From IMG/VR virus record IMGVR_UViG_3300047409_000788, positions 1 to 53,391 of that record: a stretch of 53,391 bases of DNA; one strand, given 5' to 3'. Positions 46,179-53,391 of this stretch are shown piece by piece (positions within the stretch are counted from its first letter, which is position 1; each line of letters begins with the position of its first letter). Made by a program: the position numbers and the translations under genes. Source of the stretch: a virus. Its lineage: Duplodnaviria; Caudoviricetes. The notes below the pieces were generated by a model, which had not been told where the DNA came from, searched no databases, and saw only the letters and a program-made list of their open reading frames with translations.

Positions 46179-46415
46179 CTACACGTCTTCCCGCATTGTG
46201 CCCGCCGCAAACCGTGCCTGGATGGTCGTCAGGTCCCATCGGGTGACGCCCGTGACGCCATACGCCTGTTGCCGGAGCGTGCTCACCTCGATATGGACCT
46301 GGGGGCCGGCAGGACTGGCCACCCGCCGGACACGGTCAACCACATAGATGGTATCCAGGGGCGTCCCGCGCTGGGTGAGGTCCTGAATCTTCATGCCGAC
46401 TTTCAATGTTGCCAT
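46179..46415 (-). CDS. First gene of the leftward early operon, hypothetical
   Basis: RBS AAGGAG. Confidence 0.55.
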   Translation of the reverse strand: MATLKVGMKIQDLTQRGTPLDTIYVVDRVRRVASPAGPQVHIEVSTLRQQAYGVTGVTRWDLTTIQARFAAGTMREDV

Positions 46416-46443
46416 GATCGTCTCTCCTTGTCTGTGGTGTTAT

Positions 46444-46494
46444 GAGGTTTCGTCGTTTTCGACTTATCAATACGGGTACACACCCGCAGACCTC
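46444..46494 (-). ncRNA. Type III hammerhead ribozyme (U3-A8 core variant)
   Basis: GAGGU-C^-UGCGGGU-GUGU-ACCCGUA-UUGAUAA-GUCG-AAAA-CGAC-GAA-ACCUC: all three stems pair and the cleavage triplet is GUC. Confidence 0.85.
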
Positions 46495-46605
46495 CTGTCG
46501 TCTTGGCCTGTCCCTCCTTCCCCCGTGGCTTCTCAGTGTTGAGCCCACTTGTCCCAGAGTCGGAAGCGGCACCCGCTTGCGCGGTCGCTGTTCTGTTATG
46601 CTCTA

Positions 46606-46634
46606 ATAATAACGTATACGTAATTACCATGCAA
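46606..46634 (-). promoter_or_regulatory. Leftward early promoter with palindromic operator in the spacer
   Basis: TTGCAT-17nt-TATTAT; ACGTATACGT palindrome at 46612-46621. Confidence 0.7.
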
Positions 46635-46784
46635 GGGATTTCTGTATCAAAATGAGGTTTTTTGTGTAGAAATTTTTCTCGACACACGCTAACGTAGGCG
46701 CTATACTCTTTTCTAGTATTTGCTAGATGTTCTAGCAAATACTGTCACCTATGCGTGAGGAAAAGCATGCCAAGAGGGAGCGGC

Positions 46785-47105
46785 ATGGATGATCACGAGG
46801 TTATGCTACTTTTCGCCGAACGCGTTGCGCAGGCGAGAGACAAACGCGGCTGGAGCCAGCAACGGCTGGCCGAGGAAGCCCGCACGACGTATCAAACGAT
46901 TTGGCGCATTGAGAAAGGATCGCATAAGGATGTCGGGATGCTACTCGTGCGGCGGTTAGCCCAGGCATTAGGGGTAGGTGTGGATCGGCTTATTGGAACC
47001 TATGAGGACTCTAGCCGGCGGGCCGGTAGCGACCAGGGTGGCACCGAGTGCGCTACCGGCAAAACCAAGACCACTCTTGAGAGAGAGGTCTTGCAGGGAG
47101 TATAG
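46785..47105 (+). CDS. XRE-family HTH regulator
   Basis: RDKRGWSQQRLAE..TIWRIEKG..LAQALGV. Confidence 0.85.
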   Translation: MDDHEVMLLFAERVAQARDKRGWSQQRLAEEARTTYQTIWRIEKGSHKDVGMLLVRRLAQALGVGVDRLIGTYEDSSRRAGSDQGGTECATGKTKTTLEREVLQGV

Positions 47106-47107
47106 CA

Positions 47108-47743
47108 ATGTCGAAACGTGGCGGCTATATCTATGCTATAGGTATGCAGGAAACGTCCTATGTGAAAATCGGAAGTACGCGAGCACCTATAGCAAAACGT
47201 ATGCAAGAACTGCAAGTTGCACATCCACTCCCCTTGGAAACATTGGCCGTCATAGAAGTCGAGTCCGATCTTGCGCGTATTGAGGCTCAGGTCCATAAGT
47301 TTCTCGCCAAAGAATGGCAACGGGGGGAATGGTTTGACACGGTGATGAATCCTGACCGGCTGGCTCTTTTGGTCAAGGATGCCGTTAGGGTCGTCCTTGA
47401 AGAAGGCGCTACCCATCCTGTACGTAAATCGCCGAGAGATTTTCCTCTGGGACGACGACTGAGGCTAGTACGGCGTGCAAAGAATTACACCCAGCACGAG
47501 CTTGCACAGATGTCCGGGATGAATGCGATTTCTCTTTCACGGCTGGAATCCGGCAATGCGGAGCATGCCTATGCTCGCACGGTACGTGATCTCGCCCAGG
47601 CGCTTGGGGTAAGTGCTGATTATCTGCTGGGATTGACGGAGGAGTCAGGGATGGAACACTCGGAAGAGGCCGCCGCTGAAGCGCTGGTTGGGGCCGGAAC
47701 TTCAGCGGCAGACGATGCCCTCACGAACGAGGGCATCGCGTAG
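47108..47743 (+). CDS. GIY-YIG (T5orf172/Mug113-like) domain fused to an XRE HTH
   Basis: GYIYAI..VKIG..R..L..GEWF; RRAKNYTQHELA..SRLESG..LGVSADYLLG. Confidence 0.8.
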   Translation: MSKRGGYIYAIGMQETSYVKIGSTRAPIAKRMQELQVAHPLPLETLAVIEVESDLARIEAQVHKFLAKEWQRGEWFDTVMNPDRLALLVKDAVRVVLEEGATHPVRKSPRDFPLGRRLRLVRRAKNYTQHELAQMSGMNAISLSRLESGNAEHAYARTVRDLAQALGVSADYLLGLTEESGMEHSEEAAAEALVGAGTSAADDALTNEGIA

Positions 47744-47770
47744 AAGTGTAGCAGAAAGGAGGCCAAATAG

Positions 47771-48076
47771 ATGCCCCAGTCGGTGAAGAAACACGAGCAG
47801 CTCCAACGCCAGCTCGCCGACACGCAGGCCGAGCGGCAGAAGCTGGCCGAGCAGGCGGCGCGCCTCGAAGCCGCCCTGCGCCACATGCAGCGGGAGGAGC
47901 GCCGGAAGCTCCAGGCGGAAGTGGGGAAAATAGCGGACGCGGCGGGGCTGCTGGCGTATGACCTGCCGACGCTAATGCAGGCGTTTACGCGGCTGGCGGC
48001 GGCGTTGGGGGCGGGCGCTGACACACCTCCTGGTGCGACGGGTGACGCGGACGCCCCCCTTTCTCCCAGTGGGTAG
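47771..48076 (+). CDS. TraC/TraD-like relaxosome accessory protein (putative)
   Basis: Coiled coil then RRK..VGKIADAAGL..L..AF..LA, resembling Ti-plasmid TraC/TraD; upstream of the relaxase. Confidence 0.5.
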   Translation: MPQSVKKHEQLQRQLADTQAERQKLAEQAARLEAALRHMQREERRKLQAEVGKIADAAGLLAYDLPTLMQAFTRLAAALGAGADTPPGATGDADAPLSPSG

Positions 48077-48124
48077 ATGGGGATGCCGATTGCAACTCTC
48101 TCAGTAGAAGAGGAGGAATCACCC

Positions 48125-48265
48125 ATGCCGTACCGCTCGCAAGACGAAAACGAGTATTTGCGGGATACCGAAGAGGATGTCCTGGAGGAAGCATGTCTGA
48201 TCCAAGAAGAAGAGGACGTGAAACCTGCACCGCCGGTTGTGCCGCTCCCTGCCACGCACCAGTGA
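48125..48265 (+). CDS. Small acidic protein
   Basis: RBS GAGGAGG; D/E-rich. Confidence 0.35.
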   Translation: MPYRSQDENEYLRDTEEDVLEEACLIQEEEDVKPAPPVVPLPATHQ

Positions 48266-48369
48266 GGAGGTCGCGGACCGAGGCGATTTACGGCATGTGG
48301 AAGTGGGCAACTTACCAGCCTGGGCGCAGGGCTTGCCCGCTCTTACAGTCCTGATGGCGGGGAGGAGGC

Positions 48370-49230
48370 ATGAGTACCACGACGAGGAAGAGACGCAAAG
48401 GGGGATGTATGGTTTGTGTTTCGCCAGCGCGCGTATGGATCGAGGCCAGACTAGGGGAGGAGCACTCGACGGCGTGTATTGCCTGGGAAGCCTTGCGCCG
48501 GGATATTTCTGTGACCGCGACAGCACTCTATCGCCATCAAAAAGACTGTCTGACCCCTGGGAAAAAGCTGCACCAATTTGATGCCTCTCCCTGGTGGTAT
48601 ATGCCTCCCCCGGTGACATCGTTTCCTGTGACATGGCCCCCAGAAGTCCTGCTCATTCGTGGGCTCCCTGGCACGGGAAAAACGCGGCTGGCGCGGTGTT
48701 TTGAAGATACGCATTTCCATGTCGAGAATGATCAGTTCTTTCTTCAACCCTACGGGGATCTGCGGTACGAGAAACATCGGGCCTCCGAGGCATTTCTTTG
48801 GTGCTATCTTTCCGCAAGGGACGCGTTGAGTGATGGGGTCTCTATTGTGGTCGCCAACACGTTTCTCTGGAATCGGAAGCTGGATGATTACTATGCACTC
48901 GCTTCCAGATATGGTGCGACGGTGCGAGTCCTCACGCTGCCTGATACCCTTCCACGCTCTCTCCGAGAAGCACGGGAAAATGGCAGCACTCTTTTCGAAC
49001 GGATACCCATTTCACGCATAGGGCGGATGCGCAATCTGTGGGAGGATACACTGGCTCCAGAGGGGTATCCCGGTCTGTCCTTTACCCTAGAACATATCTC
49101 TGCAGATGCAGGGGGTATCCCATTGCCCGTGGTGCCCTATTTTTGTCAGCCTGGGCTGTGTCCGCATGCAGAACACTATGACTTTGCCGGTACGGCAGAA
49201 CGGCTGCGAAAACTGGCCCTGGGATGGTAG
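48370..49230 (+). CDS. P-loop kinase (AAA_33/PNK-like) with N-terminal CxxC..RH..C domain
   Basis: LLIRGLPGTGKT, VVANTF; N-terminal CMVC..RHQKDCL. Confidence 0.7.
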   Translation: MSTTTRKRRKGGCMVCVSPARVWIEARLGEEHSTACIAWEALRRDISVTATALYRHQKDCLTPGKKLHQFDASPWWYMPPPVTSFPVTWPPEVLLIRGLPGTGKTRLARCFEDTHFHVENDQFFLQPYGDLRYEKHRASEAFLWCYLSARDALSDGVSIVVANTFLWNRKLDDYYALASRYGATVRVLTLPDTLPRSLREARENGSTLFERIPISRIGRMRNLWEDTLAPEGYPGLSFTLEHISADAGGIPLPVVPYFCQPGLCPHAEHYDFAGTAERLRKLALGW

Positions 49231-49235
49231 GGGGA

Positions 49236-49277
49236 AACGGTGCAAAGACCGCTAAGTGTTTCTCTAGCGAGAAACAC
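49236..49277. other. Candidate MOBQ-type origin of transfer (oriT)
   Basis: GTGTTTCTC-TAGC-GAGAAACAC hairpin, close to the RSF1010/R1162 oriT inverted repeat GTTTCTCGAAGAGAAAC, 19 nt upstream of the relaxase start. Confidence 0.55.
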
Positions 49278-49296
49278 CCAACAATAAGGCGGGGAA

Positions 49297-50433
49297 ATGG
49301 CGGTCTACCATGTCGATGCCAGTTACATTTCGAAAGGCAAAAGTGAGGGCGGAGCCAGTCGGTTTTCTGCCTACTTGGAACGGCGAGACCCCGAACACGC
49401 AACCCAGCATGCGCGGTACTTAGCACGGGATGGGAAAGGGCAGGAGGACTTGGTGGCAAGTGCATCGGCGTATCTTCCCCAATGGGCCAAAAATGGAGAG
49501 GGGTTTTGGTTGGCCGCAGATCGGTATGAACGCCAAAATGGCGTGGTCGCGCGTGTGTATCAATTTACCTTGCCACGGGAATTGTCAGCGGAGGGACAGC
49601 GCGCCTTGGCAGATGATTTACGAGCGGTGTTTTTTGAGGGCTACCCCCAGACGTGGGCTATTCACAATCCCCCGGCGCAGGATGGGTCAGGCGAGAACGC
49701 CCACTTGCACATCATGTTTTCGACACGAAGGGAGGAGGAAACACGGACAGGTGGCCCAAAGGTATGGTTTAGTCGCGCGGCGAATGCAGGACAGGATGCG
49801 AGGAGTGGAGGTGTCAGAAAAGATGGATGGTGGGATCAAAAGGCCGCCCTGCAGGGCGTGCGATATGAAACGGCCATTCTCATCAATGCGGCCCTAGAGA
49901 GGGAGGGGATAGCGAAAGCGGTGTCGCATGATCGGTTGCGAGGGCAAGGACACCAACGACAAGGAGTGCACTACCTTCAGTTTGGCAAGGCTGAGCAGCG
50001 GTCGAGGCTGCTTGCCAAGCAAGAAGCCTTGCATACGAACGGCACCCATAAGCAAGAAGAAGCGGCTGCGCGGCAGGCATGGGAAGACCAGAAAAGAAAG
50101 GAGGGGCTGAGTATATTGAGTCGAGAGCATCTCGTGGCATCATCCCGTGCCCGGTACTGGGCGCATCATCCTGACCCTAGGAGGATACGTCCACAGGAAT
50201 GGGAAGCGCGGCGCATCGACCTTACCGACGCCTTCGCCCAGACGCAGACGCGCCTCCACACCCTCGACGCCCAGGCGCGACTCCTGACGCGGATGGTGGG
50301 CCAGGCGCCGGCGCCTGGGGGCACGCCGGCCGCACGGCCGGCGCACGCCGTCGAGGAGGAGGAGACCCAGGGCATCCAGCGGGGCCGCCCCCGGCTCCAC
50401 ATCTTTGACGAGGAGGTCGGCTATGGCCGATAG
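49297..50433 (+). CDS. mobA: MobA/MobL-family (MOBQ) relaxase
   Basis: MAVYH N-terminus, AY, FW..AD..ER, TLPREL, WAIH..NAHLHIMFSTR. Confidence 0.88.
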   Translation: MAVYHVDASYISKGKSEGGASRFSAYLERRDPEHATQHARYLARDGKGQEDLVASASAYLPQWAKNGEGFWLAADRYERQNGVVARVYQFTLPRELSAEGQRALADDLRAVFFEGYPQTWAIHNPPAQDGSGENAHLHIMFSTRREEETRTGGPKVWFSRAANAGQDARSGGVRKDGWWDQKAALQGVRYETAILINAALEREGIAKAVSHDRLRGQGHQRQGVHYLQFGKAEQRSRLLAKQEALHTNGTHKQEEAAARQAWEDQKRKEGLSILSREHLVASSRARYWAHHPDPRRIRPQEWEARRIDLTDAFAQTQTRLHTLDAQARLLTRMVGQAPAPGGTPAARPAHAVEEEETQGIQRGRPRLHIFDEEVGYGR

Positions 50434-53233
50434 CTGGGGCGCTAAGGGCATCGCCGTGGGGGCCGGGCTGCTCTGCGGCCTCAGTCTCGCCACGGAACTC
50501 TTCGCCTATCACGCGCGCCTGTCCCCCGTCCTGGGGCCGCCGCTGTGGCGCCAGAGTCTCCTGGCGTTCTACCCCCCGTGGGCGGTCCTGGGGTGGGCGT
50601 GGCAGTGGGCCGGCCGGGTGCCGGCGGCGTTTCAGTGGCCCCTGGTGGCCGGGGTGGTGCTCGCCGGGGTGACGATCGCGAAGACCTGGCCACGGGCGCG
50701 GAGCACGACCCAGCCGCAGGCGCACTGGGCAAGTTGGGTCGAACTGAAAAAGGCCGAGCTGCTTGGGCGCACAGGCGTGGTGCTCGGCACGAGCGGGAGA
50801 GCCCTCCTCCAGTATGGGGGCGTGGGGCACATCCTCGTGGTGGCGGGGACGCAATGCCACGCCCCAGGGGCAAAGATTCTCATGGGGGATGGAGCCCTCA
50901 AATGCGTTGAAACGATTACGGTAGGTGACAAGGTAATGGGGCCTGACTCATTGCCGCGCACAGTGCAGGCGCTGTTCCACGGGGATGGGGAGATGGTAAG
51001 GATTCTTCCCAAGAAGGGCGAGCCTTTTACCGTGAGTCTTGACCATATCCTCGTTCTTAAGCGCACAAACAAGATACGCTATGCCCATAACCCCGTCTAT
51101 CCCCGCGCAAGCAAGGAAGGAGAAATTGTCGAAATATCGGTGCGGGATTGGCTTGCATCAAGCAAGAAATTCAAGCACCTCTATAAGCTATTTCGGGTAG
51201 GCGTTGAGTTTCCTATGCAGGAGCCTCTCCCTATCGACCCCTATTTACTTGGGGTCATTCTGGGCGACGGCACTATACGCCGCTACGGTGTCGTTATCAC
51301 CAATAACAATAAGGGGAGGTTAAAGCGAAAGATTGCAAGCATTCTCGATAAAACAGATTTGCATATCTCTGGTGCATATAATGACCAGCGCAATGGTACG
51401 CACACCTTTGCGATCACCTCCCGAACAGTAGCGAGGCATCCAGGCAATGGAAAAAACAGAATCCTTCGGTGGGGCAGGGAGCATAATAGCCTGACCAAAG
51501 CTCTGAAAGCGCTCGGCCTGGCGGGAGCACGGTCTGGAACAAAATTTATCCCAGGGATATACAAAGTGGCGAGCAAAGAAGCCCGGCTATGGATATTAGC
51601 TGGGCTCATGGACACCGATGGCTCCCTATCTGGTAGCAACCTCAAGTGCCTCGCAAAAAACTACGACTACATTACGAAATCTCAGGCATTGGCCGACGAC
51701 GTCTGTTTTATCGCCAGAAGTCTGGGGTTGGCGGCATACAAAAAGGAGTGTGAGAAAGGATATAAGACCGCATCTAGTGCCTTCCGTGCGACGTACTATC
51801 GCGTGTCTATTTTTGGCAATACCAGCACCATTCCATGCCAAATAGAAAGTAAACAAGTGCGACTAAGGAGGCGCCAATGGGGACACCCCCATCTCTACGA
51901 GAAGACCCAGAAGCTTGAGTATAAGCATTCCCCGCTTGTGACGGGGTTTACGGTAGAGGCGGCTGGAGTAGGTCCATGCTGCGGGGTGACCTGTGACGGG
52001 GATCAGCGCTACCTCATGGGTGATTTTACGGTCACGCATAACAGCGGGAAGACCGTCTCGATTGTGCTGCCAACCTTGCTGGCGGAAGAACCAGGGCAGG
52101 CACGGTCCATGATTGTCCATGACCCGAAGGAAAACCTGTACCCGAAGTCGGCGGGCTATCGGAGTACGCTAGGGAAGGTGGTACGGCTGGCCCCGTTGCA
52201 TCCGGAGACCGACTTTCTCAATCCCTGGGATGCCGTGCGGCTGGGCACCGAGGATGAATTCCGTGATGTGGAACTCATTGCGACTTACCTCACGAACCCG
52301 GAAGGCAAGGCCAGCCGGGATGATGTCACGGAGCATTTTCAGGAACTGGTCAACCAGTTTTTCTGCGGCGTCTTTCTCTATGGGCTGCATACCGGCATCG
52401 CGACCACGGGCGGGGCGTTTAACGACCTCGTGAACGGGACGGCCTGGCGCGACCTCCTCACCGTCATGGAGGCCCATGGGCACCCGGAAGTCCAGCGGGC
52501 GGCCGTGATTGCCTCACGGCCGGGGGACAGGGAGCTCGGCGCCTTACAGACGACGGCGGCCCGGGCCCTCCGCATCTTTAGTGACCCCCGGATTGCCCAC
52601 ATGACGAGCACGAGCAGTTTCAGTCTGGCGGAGTTACGCGAGGCGGAGCAGCCGTGCACCGTCTACCTGAGTGTCCCCTTTGGGGACCAACAACGGTTGC
52701 GCCCCCTCACGCGGCTCCTCTTACGGCAGTTGCTGGACCATTGTACGTCCAGGTTGCATGGCTGGAAGCACCGCATGCTCGCCATGATCGAGGAGTTTCC
52801 GTCGTTGGGGCGCTTTGACCCTATCAGTGACGGACTCAACTTTGCCGCCGAGTTTGGGCTGCAATACTGCTTAATTACCCCGAGCATGGAGGAACTGATT
52901 GACACCTACGGCAATCACCACAACCTGCTGGAGGGCTGTCGCGTGCAGGCGGTTTTTGGCCTCAGCGACGACGCCACGGCCAAACGCTTTAGCGGACGCG
53001 TTGGCACCCGGGAGCGCCGCACCCAACGGATCACAACCCAGCAAGGAGGGAGGCAGAGTCGTACAGAAGACGTGAAGGAGGAGCCCCTGCTGAACGCCAC
53101 CGGCTTTCTCGACCTGGGGGAGCGAGAGGTGGCCGTGTTTGCGGGCCGCTACAAGGTGATTTGTGAACAAAGTCGTTATTACGAGCACAAAGACTGGGCA
53201 CGGCGGGCCTTGCTCCCGCCGCCCAGGCCATGA
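50423..53233 (+). CDS. virD4: Type IV coupling protein (VirD4/TraG family) containing an intein
   Basis: N-terminal TMs, AHWAS, Walker A AGTQ/SGKT, IVHDPK, NPWD, IEEFPSLG. Confidence 0.88.
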   Translation: MADSWGAKGIAVGAGLLCGLSLATELFAYHARLSPVLGPPLWRQSLLAFYPPWAVLGWAWQWAGRVPAAFQWPLVAGVVLAGVTIAKTWPRARSTTQPQAHWASWVELKKAELLGRTGVVLGTSGRALLQYGGVGHILVVAGTQCHAPGAKILMGDGALKCVETITVGDKVMGPDSLPRTVQALFHGDGEMVRILPKKGEPFTVSLDHILVLKRTNKIRYAHNPVYPRASKEGEIVEISVRDWLASSKKFKHLYKLFRVGVEFPMQEPLPIDPYLLGVILGDGTIRRYGVVITNNNKGRLKRKIASILDKTDLHISGAYNDQRNGTHTFAITSRTVARHPGNGKNRILRWGREHNSLTKALKALGLAGARSGTKFIPGIYKVASKEARLWILAGLMDTDGSLSGSNLKCLAKNYDYITKSQALADDVCFIARSLGLAAYKKECEKGYKTASSAFRATYYRVSIFGNTSTIPCQIESKQVRLRRRQWGHPHLYEKTQKLEYKHSPLVTGFTVEAAGVGPCCGVTCDGDQRYLMGDFTVTHNSGKTVSIVLPTLLAEEPGQARSMIVHDPKENLYPKSAGYRSTLGKVVRLAPLHPETDFLNPWDAVRLGTEDEFRDVELIATYLTNPEGKASRDDVTEHFQELVNQFFCGVFLYGLHTGIATTGGAFNDLVNGTAWRDLLTVMEAHGHPEVQRAAVIASRPGDRELGALQTTAARALRIFSDPRIAHMTSTSSFSLAELREAEQPCTVYLSVPFGDQQRLRPLTRLLLRQLLDHCTSRLHGWKHRMLAMIEEFPSLGRFDPISDGLNFAAEFGLQYCLITPSMEELIDTYGNHHNLLEGCRVQAVFGLSDDATAKRFSGRVGTRERRTQRITTQQGGRQSRTEDVKEEPLLNATGFLDLGEREVAVFAGRYKVICEQSRYYEHKDWARRALLPPPRP
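50855..52042 (+). mobile_element. Full-length intein (396 aa) with LAGLIDADG endonuclease
   Basis: Starts CHAPGAKILMGDG, block B SLDH, PYLLGVILGDG and LAGLMDTDG, ends VTHN followed by Ser; lower GC than the exteins. Confidence 0.93.
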
Positions 53234-53247
53234 CAGGAGGTGGACCC

Positions 53248-53391
53248 ATGTTCGTAGGGAGCGCGTGGGCAGCGGCCTCGGCGATTCCGATTGCCGCCAC
53301 CATCAACATTTTAGTCCTGGCCGTGCAAGCGGCCGGCGGGGGCTTTATCGCCCTGAAATGCCTCTACCTGGGCATCACCTGGCGCCGGGGG
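53248..53391 (+). CDS. Probable VirB2/TrbC-like pilin, truncated by the window end
   Basis: RBS AGGAGG; SAWAA then hydrophobic helices, immediately after the T4CP gene. Confidence 0.4.
   Translation, partial: MFVGSAWAAASAIPIAATINILVLAVQAAGGGFIALKCLYLGITWRRG

Larger units (their letters stand above)
1363..53391. mobile_element. Composite phage-like / conjugative element (boundaries uncertain, extends past the right edge)
   Basis: Continuous run of tail, head/packaging, early/regulatory and relaxase-T4CP genes with no interspersed housekeeping genes. Confidence 0.75.

Overview
GC-rich window dominated by one large composite mobile element downstream of an AT-richer purM gene. From about 1.3 to 35.7 kb the minus strand carries a siphovirus-type neck, tail and tail-tip operon. 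It includes a tape measure protein with a lytic transglycosylase domain, a tail tube gene plus a large tube paralog, J/K/L/DUF2460-like tip genes, three signal-peptide-bearing beta-helix spike paralogs, LamG proteins, a sulfotransferase and three free-standing homing endonucleases. From 36.7 to 42.2 kb the packaging/head genes (terS, terL, portal, Mu gpF-like, scaffold) lie on the opposite strand, and no major capsid gene is visible anywhere in the window. From 42.3 to 47.7 kb there are small early-type genes, a type III hammerhead ribozyme in the leader of the leftward early operon, and XRE regulators. From 47.8 kb to the end is a conjugation module: TraC/D-like protein, candidate oriT, MobA/MobL (MOBQ) relaxase, an intein-containing VirD4/TraG coupling protein and a probable pilin. 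No integrase, replication gene or endolysin is recognisable in the window. Best hypothesis: a conjugative, capsid-less phage-like element. All functional calls come from motif recognition by eye, not from database searches.
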